Assembly (NCBI GenBank): GCA_008632985.1 | Contig: QPGO01000005.1 | Coordinates: forward strand, 765,607 to 829,606 | Source: Psammoneis japonica | Taxonomy: Eukaryota | Length of the DNA: 64,000 nucleotides | Direction: 5' to 3' | In this document: piece by piece, positions 22,834 through 34,600 of the stretch | Position numbering within the stretch: position 1 is the stretch's first letter | Layout: the number at the start of each line of letters is the position of its first letter | The notes under the pieces: generated by a model | Told to the model about the DNA's origin: nothing | The model's input: the letters and a program-made list of their open reading frames with translations, nothing else | Database searches by the model: none | Position numbers and translations under genes: made by a program

Positions 22834-25800
22834 AACGAGCCATGCAGCTCTCAAGCGCTGCTCTCATGTTGCTCTCCAGACAACCCTGGGGACCGATGCC
22901 CTCAAACTGCATTTTTTGTTTGGTTGGTTGGTTGCACCAGTGTGTGTCCTTTCTCTCTGCAGCAGTTGGAATTTCAGGTCTCACTCTGGCATGCACTGAG
23001 CGAGTGGGGGCTGCATCTGGACCCCACATGTTTGTCGTTGTTGCACCACTCTGCCACCAACCTCAGCGTGTTCCCTGTGCTTGAACCAAGATCTTCAACA
23101 CTCTGAGTTTGCAGTTGTTTTGCTGGTTTGTTGCACAAGGGTGTCCTTTCACTCTGGAGTCAGGAGTTTCAGTTCTCAATCTGGCATGGATGAAAGTGAC
23201 AGGTGGCTGCAACTGCGCCAGATGAGCCTTCTTGCAGCACTCCATCACCATTCTCAAAGAATTGCCTGGGTTCCTTTGAAGACCTTCAGTGCCATCAGCA
23301 TGCAATTGTTGGGTTGGTTGGTTGGTTGCATCTGAGTGTTCTTTCTCTTGGGTGTCAGGAGTTTTTCTGCTTTCACTCTGGCATGCATTCAGTGCCTGGT
23401 GGCTGCAAATGCACAAGATGGGCTGTGCAACACTCCACCGCTGTTGTCAAAGTGTTCCATGGGATCCTCTAAAAACCTTCAATGCCCTCATCAGCACGCA
23501 GTTGTTGGGTTTGTTGCTTGCATCAGGGTGTTCTTTTGCTGTGGATTCAGGAGTTTCTGTTCTCACCACGTCATGGACCAAGTGCCTGATGGTTGAAACT
23601 GCACCAGATGGGCATTGCAACACTCCACCACCACTCTCAGAGTGTTCCTTGGGTTCCTCTGGATGCATTCAATGCCCTCAGCATGCAGTTGTTGGCTTGG
23701 TTGTTTGCATCAGGGTGCTCTTTCACTGTGGATTTGGGAGTTTCTGCTCTCACCATGTCATGGATTAAGTGTCTGGTGGCTGCAACTGCACCAGATGGGC
23801 ATTGTGGCACTCTCTGCCACTGTTCTTAAAGTGTTCCCTGGGTTTCTCTGGACACATTCAATGCCCTCAGCATGCAGCCATTGGCTTGGTTGTTTGCATC
23901 AGCGTGTTCCTCGCTGTGGATTTGGGAGTTTCTGCTCTCACCATGTCATGGATCAAGTGTCTGGTGGCTGCAACCGCACCAGACGGGCATTGTGACACTC
24001 CAACACTGTTCTTAAAGTGTTCCCTGGGTCCTTGGAAGACCTTCAATGCCCTCAGCATGCAGCTGTTGGGTTGGTCATTTGTGCCAGGGTGCCATTTCTC
24101 TCAGGAGTCATCAGGAGTTTTTCTCTGCTCTCACTCTGGCATGCACTGAGTGGCTGGCGGCTGCAACTGCACCAGATGGGCCTTGCACTCCTCCACCACC
24201 ACTCTCAAAGTGTTCCCTGGGTGCTTTGAAGAACTTCAAAGCCCTCAGCATGCAGTTGCTGATTTGGTTGTTTGCATCAGGGAGTTCTTTCACTGTGGAT
24301 TCAGGAGATTCTTTCTGCTCTCATCATGTCATGGATTGAGTGACTGGGGGCTGCACCCACACCAGATGAGCCCTTCAACACTCCACCGGCACTGTTGTCA
24401 AAGTGTTCCCTGCATCACTCTAAAGACCTTCAGCACCCTCAGCATGCAGTTGTTGCGCAGTTTGTTTGAATTGGGGTGTTCATTCACTGTGGATTCTGGA
24501 GTTTCTGCTCTCCTCACCATGTCATGGGTTGAGTGCCTGATGATTGCAACTGCACCAGATGGTCGTTGCAACACTCCACCACCACTCTCAAATCATTCCA
24601 TGGGATTCTCTGGACACATTCAATGCCTGGACACATTCAATGCCCTCAGCATGCAGTTGTTGGCTTGGTTGTTTGCATCAGGGTGTTCCTTCGCTGTGGA
24701 TTTGGGAGTTTCTGCTCTCACCATGTCATGGACTGAGTGCCTGGCGGCTGCAACCGCACCAGATGGGCATTGTGACACTCCGCCACTGTTCTTGAAGTGT
24801 TCCCTGGGGCCCTTGGAAGACCTTCAATGCCCTCAGCATGCAGTTGTTGGCTTGGTTGTTTGCACCAGGGTGCCATTTCTCTCAGGAGTCATCAGGAGTT
24901 TTTCTCTGGTGCTCTCACTCTGGCATGCATTGAGTGACTGGCAGCTGCAACTGCACCAGATGGGCCTTGCAACACTCCACCATCATTGTTGAAGTGTTTC
25001 CCGGGTGCCTCCAAATGACTTCAATGCCCTCAGCATGCAATTGCTGGCTTGGTTGTTTGCTTCTGGGTGTTCTTTCACTGTGGATTTTGGAGATTCTGCT
25101 CTGACCATGTCATGGATCAAGTGACCGGTGGTTGCAACTGCACCAGATGGGCCTTGCAACACTCCACCATCACTCTTGAAGTTTTTCCTGGGTGCCTCCA
25201 AATGACTTCAATGCCCTCAGCATGCAATTGTTGGCTTGGTTGTTTGCTTCTGGGTGTTCTTTTGCTGTGGATTTGGGTCATGGATTGAGTGACTGGTGGC
25301 TGCAACTGCGCCAGATGGGCATTCTGACACTCCAACATTTTTCTCAAAGTGTTCCATGGGTTCCTCCAAAGACCTTCAATGCCCTCAGCAAGCAGTTTGG
25401 GACATTTGATTGCATCAGGGTGTTCTTTCACTGTGGAGTTGGGGGGGTTCAGCTCTCACCATGGAATGGATTGAGTGACTGGGGGGTTCACTCTGGCATG
25501 CATTTAGTGCCTGGTGGCTGCAAATGCACAAGATGGGCCTTGCAACCTTCCACCACTGTTCTCAAAGTGTTTTCTTGGACTGTCCAAAGACCTTCAGTGC
25601 CCTCAGTCTGCAGTTGTTGGGTTGATTGTTTGCACCAGTGTGTTCTTTCTTTGATGAGTCAGGAGCTTTCTGCTCAAACTGCGGCATGCATTGAGTGCAG
25701 CCTGGTGGCTGCAACTGCACCAGGCAGGCCTTGCAACACTCCACCACCCTTCTCAAAGTGTTTCCTGGGTGCCTTCACAGAACTTCAATGCCCTTTAGCA

Positions 25801-26130
25801 TGCTGTTGTTGGGATGGTTGGTTGCATCAGGGTGTTCTTTCACTGTGAAGTTGTTGGGGGTCTCAGCTCTCACCACTCTCACCATGGCATGGATTGAGTG
25901 ACTGGGGAGTGCAGGTGCACCAGATGAGCCCTTCAACACCCACCCCTCATTCTCAAAAGGGAGACCTTCAATGCTCTCAGCTTGCAGTTGGTTGGTTGGT
26001 TGGTTTGGTTGTGTTGGGGTGCTCTTTTGCTGGTGGCTTTGTCTTGTGCAGCTGCACTGGGCAAGTCTTGCCACTCTCAATCACTGTTCTTGAGTGTTCC
26101 CTGGCTTTCCATTGGGATCTTCAATGCCCT
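22834..26130. repeat. Diverged tandem array, ~190-bp unit, about 17 copies
   Basis: Recurrent 'ggctgcaactgcaccagatggg', 'ccttcaatgccctcagcatgcagttgttgg' and 'gcatcagggtgttctttcactgtggatt' at roughly 170-205 bp spacing. TpA and CpG are both nearly absent. Confidence 0.9.
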
Positions 26131-29100
26131 CAGAGAGAACATTGGCACAAACAGACAAAGATGCTTGTGTTCTTTCTGTTTTTCCCCTGTGGCATGAACA
26201 CATGATCATCCCATGCACACCAGTGTAGAAACCAGCGCAGATTCTGCGTGCAGTTTTTGTTGGGGGTTGTTTTGACCGGCGATGTGTCACTTGGCTTCTT
26301 TTGTTTTTCCTGCTGAGGGAGTCCTCCAAAAGAGACAATGGACAACCAAGAAAGCCACAACACAGCTTGTTGACAAACAGCACTGCAATGATGCAGTGAG
26401 ATCCCAAGATCTGCACTTTTGTTCAATTCCAACATTCATCTGCAGCAGTCCTCCAGAGCAAATGACACAACATGCACCACACTGCAGCGCACTGCACACA
26501 AGGACTGGCAGGTGTAGCAGAGAGAGAGAGAGAGAGAGAGAGAGAATGCTGTGCACAATGTGGCCATTGGTTTGTTGTGACATGCCATTGGCCGTTGCTT
26601 TGCTTGGTTGATTGTTGCATTGGTTTGGTGTGCTTTCAACTTTCAGACACCCCTCAAAACTCAGAAACAAATGCTTGCAGGACTGGCGACTCTTTGGCAG
26701 GATGAAAAAAAAAACAGAAAGCCAGGCACCAGCAGAGTGCTGTTTTCTCCCAAAAGATTTTGAGGTGGGTCACAGCAATCACAGAGGTTTGCATTTCTTC
26801 AGCTGGGGGCAAGCACAAGCATCTTTGTTCTGCTGCTGCAGTTGTTGACAACTCCAACACTGTGCAGGGATGTGACCCAAAAGTGTGCACCCTGCTGAGC
26901 AAGTGCTTTTTAAGAGCTTGCAAAGTCAGGCAACATTTTTTTGCACAACTTTGTGTTCCATCTCTCATGTGGAAGAATGAGAACATCCGGGACACCAACA
27001 ACAATCTAGTTGTTGCACTGTCAGCAAGAATTTTTGAACTGCAACCAGGTGATTTCTCTGTTTGATCCAAGACTGTGCCAATTTGTCAAATCTACATTCG
27101 TGAAATGTTCAACAACAAACATGTTCATTCCTGGGTTCAACAATTTTTCTCCACCACATGGACAAGACCACAGTGCTGCAGTTTTTGTTCATGTCAAGTC
27201 CTGAATGAAGTGCACCCACTTTCCTGGATCCAATTCTCTGCTGCAGCCATGCATCAAGTTTGAAATTCTTCTTTGCTCCAAATTTTTTGCTCCCTGTCCA
27301 TGCCATTCTTTTTTTGTGCGATGACCCCTTGCACTGCTCTTCTTCATGGTGGTGTTTTTGGCCCTGCTCTTCACCAAGTGAGTGCTGCACCATGTGATTG
27401 ATGTTTGCTTTCATTGCATTTTCCCCAATGTTTTTCTCCAACAACACACTTCATTGGCGGTGCAGTCTGATGGCCTTGTTTGTCCCTGGTGCAAATGTTC
27501 TCAGGGTTCAGCTCTAAGTGTGGTCTCAGCCAGCATGCTGCCACCAACTGCCTCTTTTTCATTGGTCCAACCAACTCTTTTGGTTGTCTGCATGGTTTTG
27601 ACTCTGAAAACCAGGTGAAGCATCACCTTTCTCATCACTGCACTGCTTCTGCTGCTCTCCTTTGCCAGGAGCACAGTCTTGCTGCTCACTGGATGCTGCC
27701 TCTGTTGCCTCTCTTGGGTCTCCAATGCCAACAGACCCAAATGTCCCCATTGCCAAGTTCCCTTTTCCAACATTTCCCTGCATCTTCAGAAGCATGCACC
27801 CTGCCGTGAGAAGGAGGAAGCATCCCTTTGATGCTCTGCTGCTGTTTGGGACCAAATGCCATCAACTCATTTTCCCCGCAGACAATGACACATTTGGCAA
27901 GACAATGACAACCACCCAACGCTTGGTTTTGCCAACGACAAGCCCCACAAGCCCCTCCTTCCTGAAGTCCATTTGAATCCAGATCCACCTCCTCCCATGC
28001 ACTCCAACAAGAGCCCTTCTCCTGTTGGCTCCCCCTCCACTGGAAACCACCTGCACCCCCCCTGTTGAATGCTCTGGTTGCTTGTGTGCTGCTGTGAATG
28101 CCCAGCAACTCATCTTGTTTGCCAACGATGGTGTGTCTGCCCTCAGAGAGGACAGTCCTGTGGATGTTCTTGAGTTCATTGCAGCTGATTCTCTTGATGA
28201 TGCTTTGGGCCCTCCCTTGATGTCACATCCAGCAGAAGATGCAGCTCCTCCTGCTCCTTTCTGCACTCTTGACCGGGTTGCAGTTTCCTTGACAGCCTTG
28301 GCAAAAAAATTGAAACTCGCTGTCCCTCCATGTGACTCCACACACCACCACTGGCAACTCATGACAGCCAAATGTTGATGCTTGATTGCTGGCATGTGTT
28401 GGTGCAAAGGGAGTGTGCACTCCAGCAATTGCTGCAGCTCACTGCTGCCATGTCTGTGTGACAACAGCACAGCATTTCACCTTTGGATGAGAGCAGAGAA
28501 TGTGCAAATTTGTGGACAAGCGGGTTGTTGAATGTGCACAGACATCCATTGTTAAAATGTGGAGCTGTTCTGTTTGGGCAATGGCTGCAGCAGTTGGAGA
28601 GGGAAGGCATCAGAAAAGAACAGGGAATGGCTGATTTAGTTGTGAACAAACAAAGAAGAGAGAACAGTCAACTCGGTTGTGAACAAACAATTGCAGGGCA
28701 AGGAGCAAATTTAAAACCATGGGAATCTGCGGTTGTGTGTCAGAAAAGAGTGGGGAATGGCCAACACAGTCATGAGTGACAAATTGCAGGGCAACAAGAA
28801 AATTTTAAAACTGTGCAAATCTGTGGTTGTGCATGTGAATCACTTGCAATGGAGCACAATTCAAAACAGTGGAAGGTTTTGAAAAATTCAAATGTTGAGT
28901 TAGAAACATGCACTCAAAATGATGCAAGCACCTGTTCAAGTCAATCTGCTGGGAGAAGCAAGCAATGGCAAAACAGAGAAGATCACTTGCAAAGTGCACT
29001 CGTTTTGCAATTTCTTGTGTCACAAACCAGATGGAGTGCAGCAAATGGTGCAACACAAGAGTCACCTGTTGGAGTGGGAAAGAAGATGGGAGGAAATGGT

Positions 29101-29854
29101 TGTGTCACAGGAGTGACAAAGCAAGATGGTGGGAGCATGACATCATGCAGCAAGTTGGGTTGAGGAGGGCAGGACAAAGAACATCAGATGCACCAACAAG
29201 TTGGAGTTGGCTGCTTTGGCATGCTTTGCAGCTGCCATGAGTCCTGTGGTGGTGGGGTTGTTTGATGTGCAAACAAGCAAGTGTGTGGGAAATTGAGCCA
29301 ACTCCAGTGTCAGCAGGCAGGGACTCAAGTTCTGTTGTGACTCCCATGGAGGGATGTCATGCAATGGATTGAGCTCCAGCAGCTGGCAAGAAATTGACAG
29401 GGTCCATGTTGATGGAGGTGGTCAATGAAAGTGTGTGGCCACATTGCAAACTCACAATCTTCAACAGAGTGCTTGCGGTGGGAGGAGAGCACATGAAAAT
29501 GGTTCTGCAGGAGTTGAGGAGCATGGCATCTGTGCCAGAGGCATTCTGGGATGCATGCAAAGAGGCACTCAGGGAAAAACTCAATGAAGGCAAACTTGTC
29601 CAAGGAGGCACACAGAAGAAGCACAAGAGAGAGAGAGGATGAATGGTCTGCACCAACGGGAGAGGACCTGCCCTTGCAGCCAGTGGCTGCCAGCAATGGC
29701 ACAGAAACAGCTGCAGCCATGGCAACAAACCAAGCTGGTGTGTGAATGTAAAATGCAGCAAATGGCAAAATCTGGAACATGGCAAAAACAAAGAGGCAAG
29801 GTGCAAGGCAATGGACTGTGGAGATTTGAAAAAATGGTCGCACTCGGCCTGTCC
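26130..29854. mobile_element. Unclassified, heavily mutated repeat/transposon relic
   Basis: Near absence of TpA and CpG, no intact gene. Ends in a ~36-45 bp sequence that recurs inverted at 31631-31675. Confidence 0.5.
26519..26545. repeat. (AG)13 microsatellite
   Basis: Perfect AG dinucleotide run. Confidence 0.95.
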
Positions 29855-30169
29855 TTCCATGCGTTCACAAAACTTGTGTAGGATTCTACGTACGTAATAT
29901 TACGTGGGGCGATACTGAAATGGCAGTCGCACCAATCAGGCCTCATTCAAATATGCGTGAGGCCAACGCAAAGCAAACGGCACTTTCACGATGATGATGA
30001 TGCGGCGGCGGCGTCTTCAGTACGTTCCCGTAGCCATACCACAGTATATGCTTCTAGATGTGACAATGTGTTGGAAAGTTTGAAAGAGATCTGTCTCATT
30101 GGTGGCGTCTCTGACGGTGTTGTTTTCAACATAAATTTATGGACTGGACTATATATTATGGCAGGGCTG

Positions 30170-31370
30170 AATGTGGTAGCACTGGCGGCGGCAGGAGCCT
30201 TTTACTGCTTTTGCACTGGGGGTGGCTGGAGCCTGTGTACTACTGTCCTTTTTATCTGGTGGCGGTTGGTACCCCTGTATGATGCTGGTGCTGGTGGTGG
30301 TTGGAGCTTTTTTGCTGCTAGCCAGTGGTTGCAGTGGGAGCCTGTATATCGCTACCACTGTAGCACTGGTGGCGGTGGGATCCTGTGTACTACTGGTACT
30401 GGAGGCGGTTGGAGCCTTTTGCTGCTAGAACTGGCGGCAGTAGTAGCCTGTGTGCTGCTGCACTGGTGGCGGTGTGAGCCTGTATCCGGCGGTTGGAGCC
30501 TGTGTACTGGTAACCATCGAGGCGTTTGGAGCCTTATTATGTGATGTCGGTGGGTGCCCCTGTATGCTGTTGGGACTGGTGGTGGTTGGAGCTTTTTTGA
30601 TACTAGCCAGTGGTTGCAGTGGGAGCCTGTATATCAAGGCTAGCACTGGTGGCGGTGTGATCCTGTATACTGCTGGCACTGGAGGCGGTTGGAGCCTTTT
30701 GCTACTAGCACTGGCGGCAGTAGTAGCCTGTGTGCTGCTGCTGTAGCACTGGTGGCGGTGTGAGCCTGTATCCTGTATATTTGCTAGCATTAGTGGCGGT
30801 TGGAGCCTGTGCACAACCATCTTTTTTATCTGGTGGCGGTTGGTACCCCCGTATGATACTGGCACTGGTGGCAGCGGGAGGCTGCATCCTGTATAGCTAC
30901 TAGCACTGGCGGCGGTTGGAGCCTGTGCACTACTATCCTTTCTATCTGGTGGCGGTGGGTGCCCCTGTATGATGCTGGCACTGGTGGTAGTGGGAGGCTG
31001 TACCCTGCACAGCTGCTAGCGCTTGCGGCGGTTGGAGCCTGTGCACCACTATCCTTTTTATCTGGTGGCGGTGGGTGCCACTAGCATTCGAGGCGGTTGG
31101 ATTCTTTTTATCTGGTGTTGATGGTGCCCCTGTATGCTGCTGGCAGTGGTGGTGATTGGAGGTGTTTTGCTGCTAGCAGTGGTGGCAGTGGGAGCCTGTG
31201 TACTACTGGCAGTGGTGGCGGTGGGAGCCTGTGTATAACTACTAGCAGTGGTGACGGTGGGCGCCTGTGTGCTAGTGGCACTGGAGGCGGTTGGAGCCTT
31301 TTGCTGCGGGTGCTGGTGGCAGTGGGAGCCTGTGTACTGCTAGCAGTGGCAGTGGTTGGAGCCCATGTAA
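30170..31370. repeat. GC-rich minisatellite, ~30-33 bp unit
   Basis: Repeated 'ggtggcggttggagcctgtgtactactagcact'-like units. The minus strand reads as broken TQAPTATSASS-like peptide repeats. Confidence 0.88.
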
Positions 31371-31630
31371 CACACCAACCGTCGGCGGCGGGATCTTGAG
31401 ATGACCGGTGACGACTCGTGGAGAGATTGCTTGGGGGTTTCAATGCAATTATGTGTTTAAAAAGCAGTGCTTTAGATTATTAACGTAGCTCTTAATGATG
31501 GTGATCTCTTGTCTATATATTCTTTTGATGATGTGGTGTAATAGTGTCTTCTTTTTAGCATCGCGGCCGATGATTCACCACACTAGCTACTTGCACCACG
31601 TCTGATTTTTCACCTCGGATGTATGGCGAC

Positions 31631-34600
31631 GGACGGACAGTGCGACCAATTTTTCCGAATCTCCATGGTCCATTGTCAGCAAAGAACAAATGGCAGTTGC
31701 AACATTTGCTTTTTAAAAACAACAATGCAAAGAGACAAAATGCAGAGGACATTGCAGGCAAAGATGGTGGATTGCATGTGGCAAGAGATGAGATGAAGGA
31801 ATGAGGAACAGCAAATGTTAAAAAGGGTTGAGATTGAAATTGTGGGCAAGAACATTCACATTTCAAAGCAGGGCATGATTTAGAATCAAGAAGCTTGTAA
31901 ACTCAGTTGGCTTTGAACTGACATTTAAAGGAAGGAAGACCTGGCTCACAAGTTCACAATGATCTGGAGCTGCAATCAAGAAATGCCCACATTGTGGCAG
32001 GTGGTCAGACCCAGATTGTTGGCATCCCAGATGAAAGAAAGCAGCAGAAGAAAAGGGAGAGATGTCCTTGAGCGCAGCTTGCAATTGAGGCAACTGTTCA
32101 AGAAGGCATTTGTCTGGATGGACACAGCACAGAGCATGCACAACTTGAGCTCCATTTGCATTGTTCAGCACCTGTGCTTGGTTTGCATTTGGCCCATCAC
32201 TTCTTGCTGGTTGTGGCTTGGCAACAACAGAAACCAGCAGCAAACAAGAGAGATGCAGACCAAAAATCTCTGTGGAGGACGGGGCATTGATTTCTCTAAA
32301 TTTTCAAAGTGTGGTTGTCTGGCCAACCAGAAAGACAGTTCTGGCTGGGCACAATGCTCAAGAACATGAAAGCCAGAGCTGAGCAAGTTGGGTGCACTTA
32401 AAACATGCAATGTGAGCTGTGCTTTTGTGTGACAATGAACGAGCAATTGCACACAGGGCTGGGCTGGGATTTGACCTTGAGAAACTGCCTGCCCAAGAGG
32501 CACCAAGCCAGCGGGAAGCCACGCATGATTTGGGGAAGAGGGTTGACAATGCAAAGATTTTCTGACCACAATGGAACAAATGATCAAAGATGTGCCAGCC
32601 CATCTGACATCCAAAGAAGACACGACAACAACTCAGCTGCTGGGGGGGGCATCTGGCTGCTGCAGAGCATGAAACAGAAGAACAACAATGGCTGACAGAG
32701 TGCACCATGTGTGCCTGTGTCATGTTGCATGTGTGGCAGAATTTGATTGACCAGGTGCTCCACATTGGACAAGGAGTGAAGCCATGTTGTGGGCACTGGT
32801 TGAAGAGAACATCCTCTCAAAACAGCACTTTGACAAGACATCACCATGACAGTGGTCATCAACTGGCATGGTGACAGGCTGCTGCCTGACAACAAAAGTG
32901 GGAACAATGCTCCTGAAAAAATGTCAGTTTTTTTCAACCAACAAAGAAGCCATGCAGCCATCACTTGGCAACACCACCTGTGCCAATGACAGTGCACTCA
33001 AAAGCACTGCAAACTTGAGGCAAGGAGAGATGAGGTGCAATTTTCAAGAACTCTGTGCAAGTGCTTGACTCTGGCTGGGCAGAGTTGCAAGAGTCTTTGT
33101 GGAGCACAGCACACCTTTTCTGATTTTAGTCCCATGTTTGCATTTTTTGGGATGGTGACACAAGCACCACTTTGTTCAAACTGCATTTTTTAAGACATTG
33201 GTCCAACTCATGGGGTTGACAAGCAAAAATTCTTGTTCTTGGGGCTTCCATGTGATGCTGACTTGTTGGAAAGCCATCACCAAGCATCTGTTTGGTGGCA
33301 CATTTTTGATCTTGATGTGTGCCTTTCCATTGTCAGCCAAACTTGGCATTGAATCCTGGTGAGAGACAAACACGCAGCAGCAGCAGCAGCAAATGCAACT
33401 TGCCTCTCTGATGAAGTGTGAAAGTGCACCAAGTCTTGATGACAGCCACTCGAAGAGTGCTGGCTGAGATTTTTGTGGCTGTTTTTTTGCCAGTGTGGAA
33501 GATCTGAGCAAGCCAAGTTGGCCAAAGAAAAAAATGGCATTGACCTGTGTTGGTGCTGGGTCTGCTGAAAAGGGCAGAACATGTTGCTCTGTCTTCTGCT
33601 CCTTGTCAGCAAGTGCTTGTTGGTGTTTTGTGAGCCTTTTGAATGTGAGCCAAGGCATGCACACAAAGGCTCCTCATTGGTGGTTGCTGCAGTGCCAAAG
33701 GTTGCACAACAACAGACAGATGTCAGAAGATGACAAGTCATGCATCAAAATCACCACCAAACACCACACATGCGACCATGCATGAAACACCTGTCTGGCC
33801 ATCTCTCTGCAAGTTTCCACAGTTTGCACCCCCCCTCCCCAGCAGCAGCCTTGTTCATTGCCATGATGGAGCATGTTTTTGTGAAGGACCAGATGATTGT
33901 GGACATTTTCACCAAGCTGTTTGCAAATGATCAGTTTGCCAAAGTGTGTGTTGAGGAAATGTCATGGCCCACCTTGCTTGGGTTCAAGAGATCAAGAGAG
34001 TGCCAAGCACATGCATCTTGCCCTCTCCTCCTGGTGCCTTCTTCTCCACCCTCTTTGGCTCAAAACTTGAAGCAAGTCAAATCATGGCAAGCTGAAGAGC
34101 ACAAGGTTCCTGTTGGCAACTTTGCTTCTCTTCATTTCTCTTGTTTGCTTTCACCACAATCTCCAAACTGTGGCACACATTGCTCCACTGTGCTGCTCTT
34201 TTTCACCTGGCTGATGGCCTTTGTCATCTCCCTTGGGCTTTTGCGCATTTTTGCAAAAGCAAGTGTGCATGCCATTGTTTGCCTCTGCAAGCAAATGTCC
34301 ACTGCATGAGCTTGCACACATCCTGCACTTCTCCTGCCACCAGCATTGCAGCATTCTTGGTTGAGATTTTAGAGCGAAGTGTTGGGTGTTGCTGAGAGGA
34401 GAGCTGAAAATTGCAGCTTGTCATGTGCAGCAGAAGCACTGGTGAGCATTGGCTGCTTTTCAACTAGAGTGGCAACCCTTCCTGTTCTTCCAAGCATTGT
34501 CACTGCTCAGCTTTCAAAGCAACGATTGTGAGCACTGTCATTGTGGCTGTCCCACATGAGCTTGCAAAGCACCAGGCAAAACACAAATTGTGTTTTGTGA

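Noticed and set aside
22834..26130. Possible CRISPR-like array
   Set aside because: The whole ~190-bp unit repeats with divergence. There are no constant repeats with unique spacers, no cas genes, and the context is eukaryotic.
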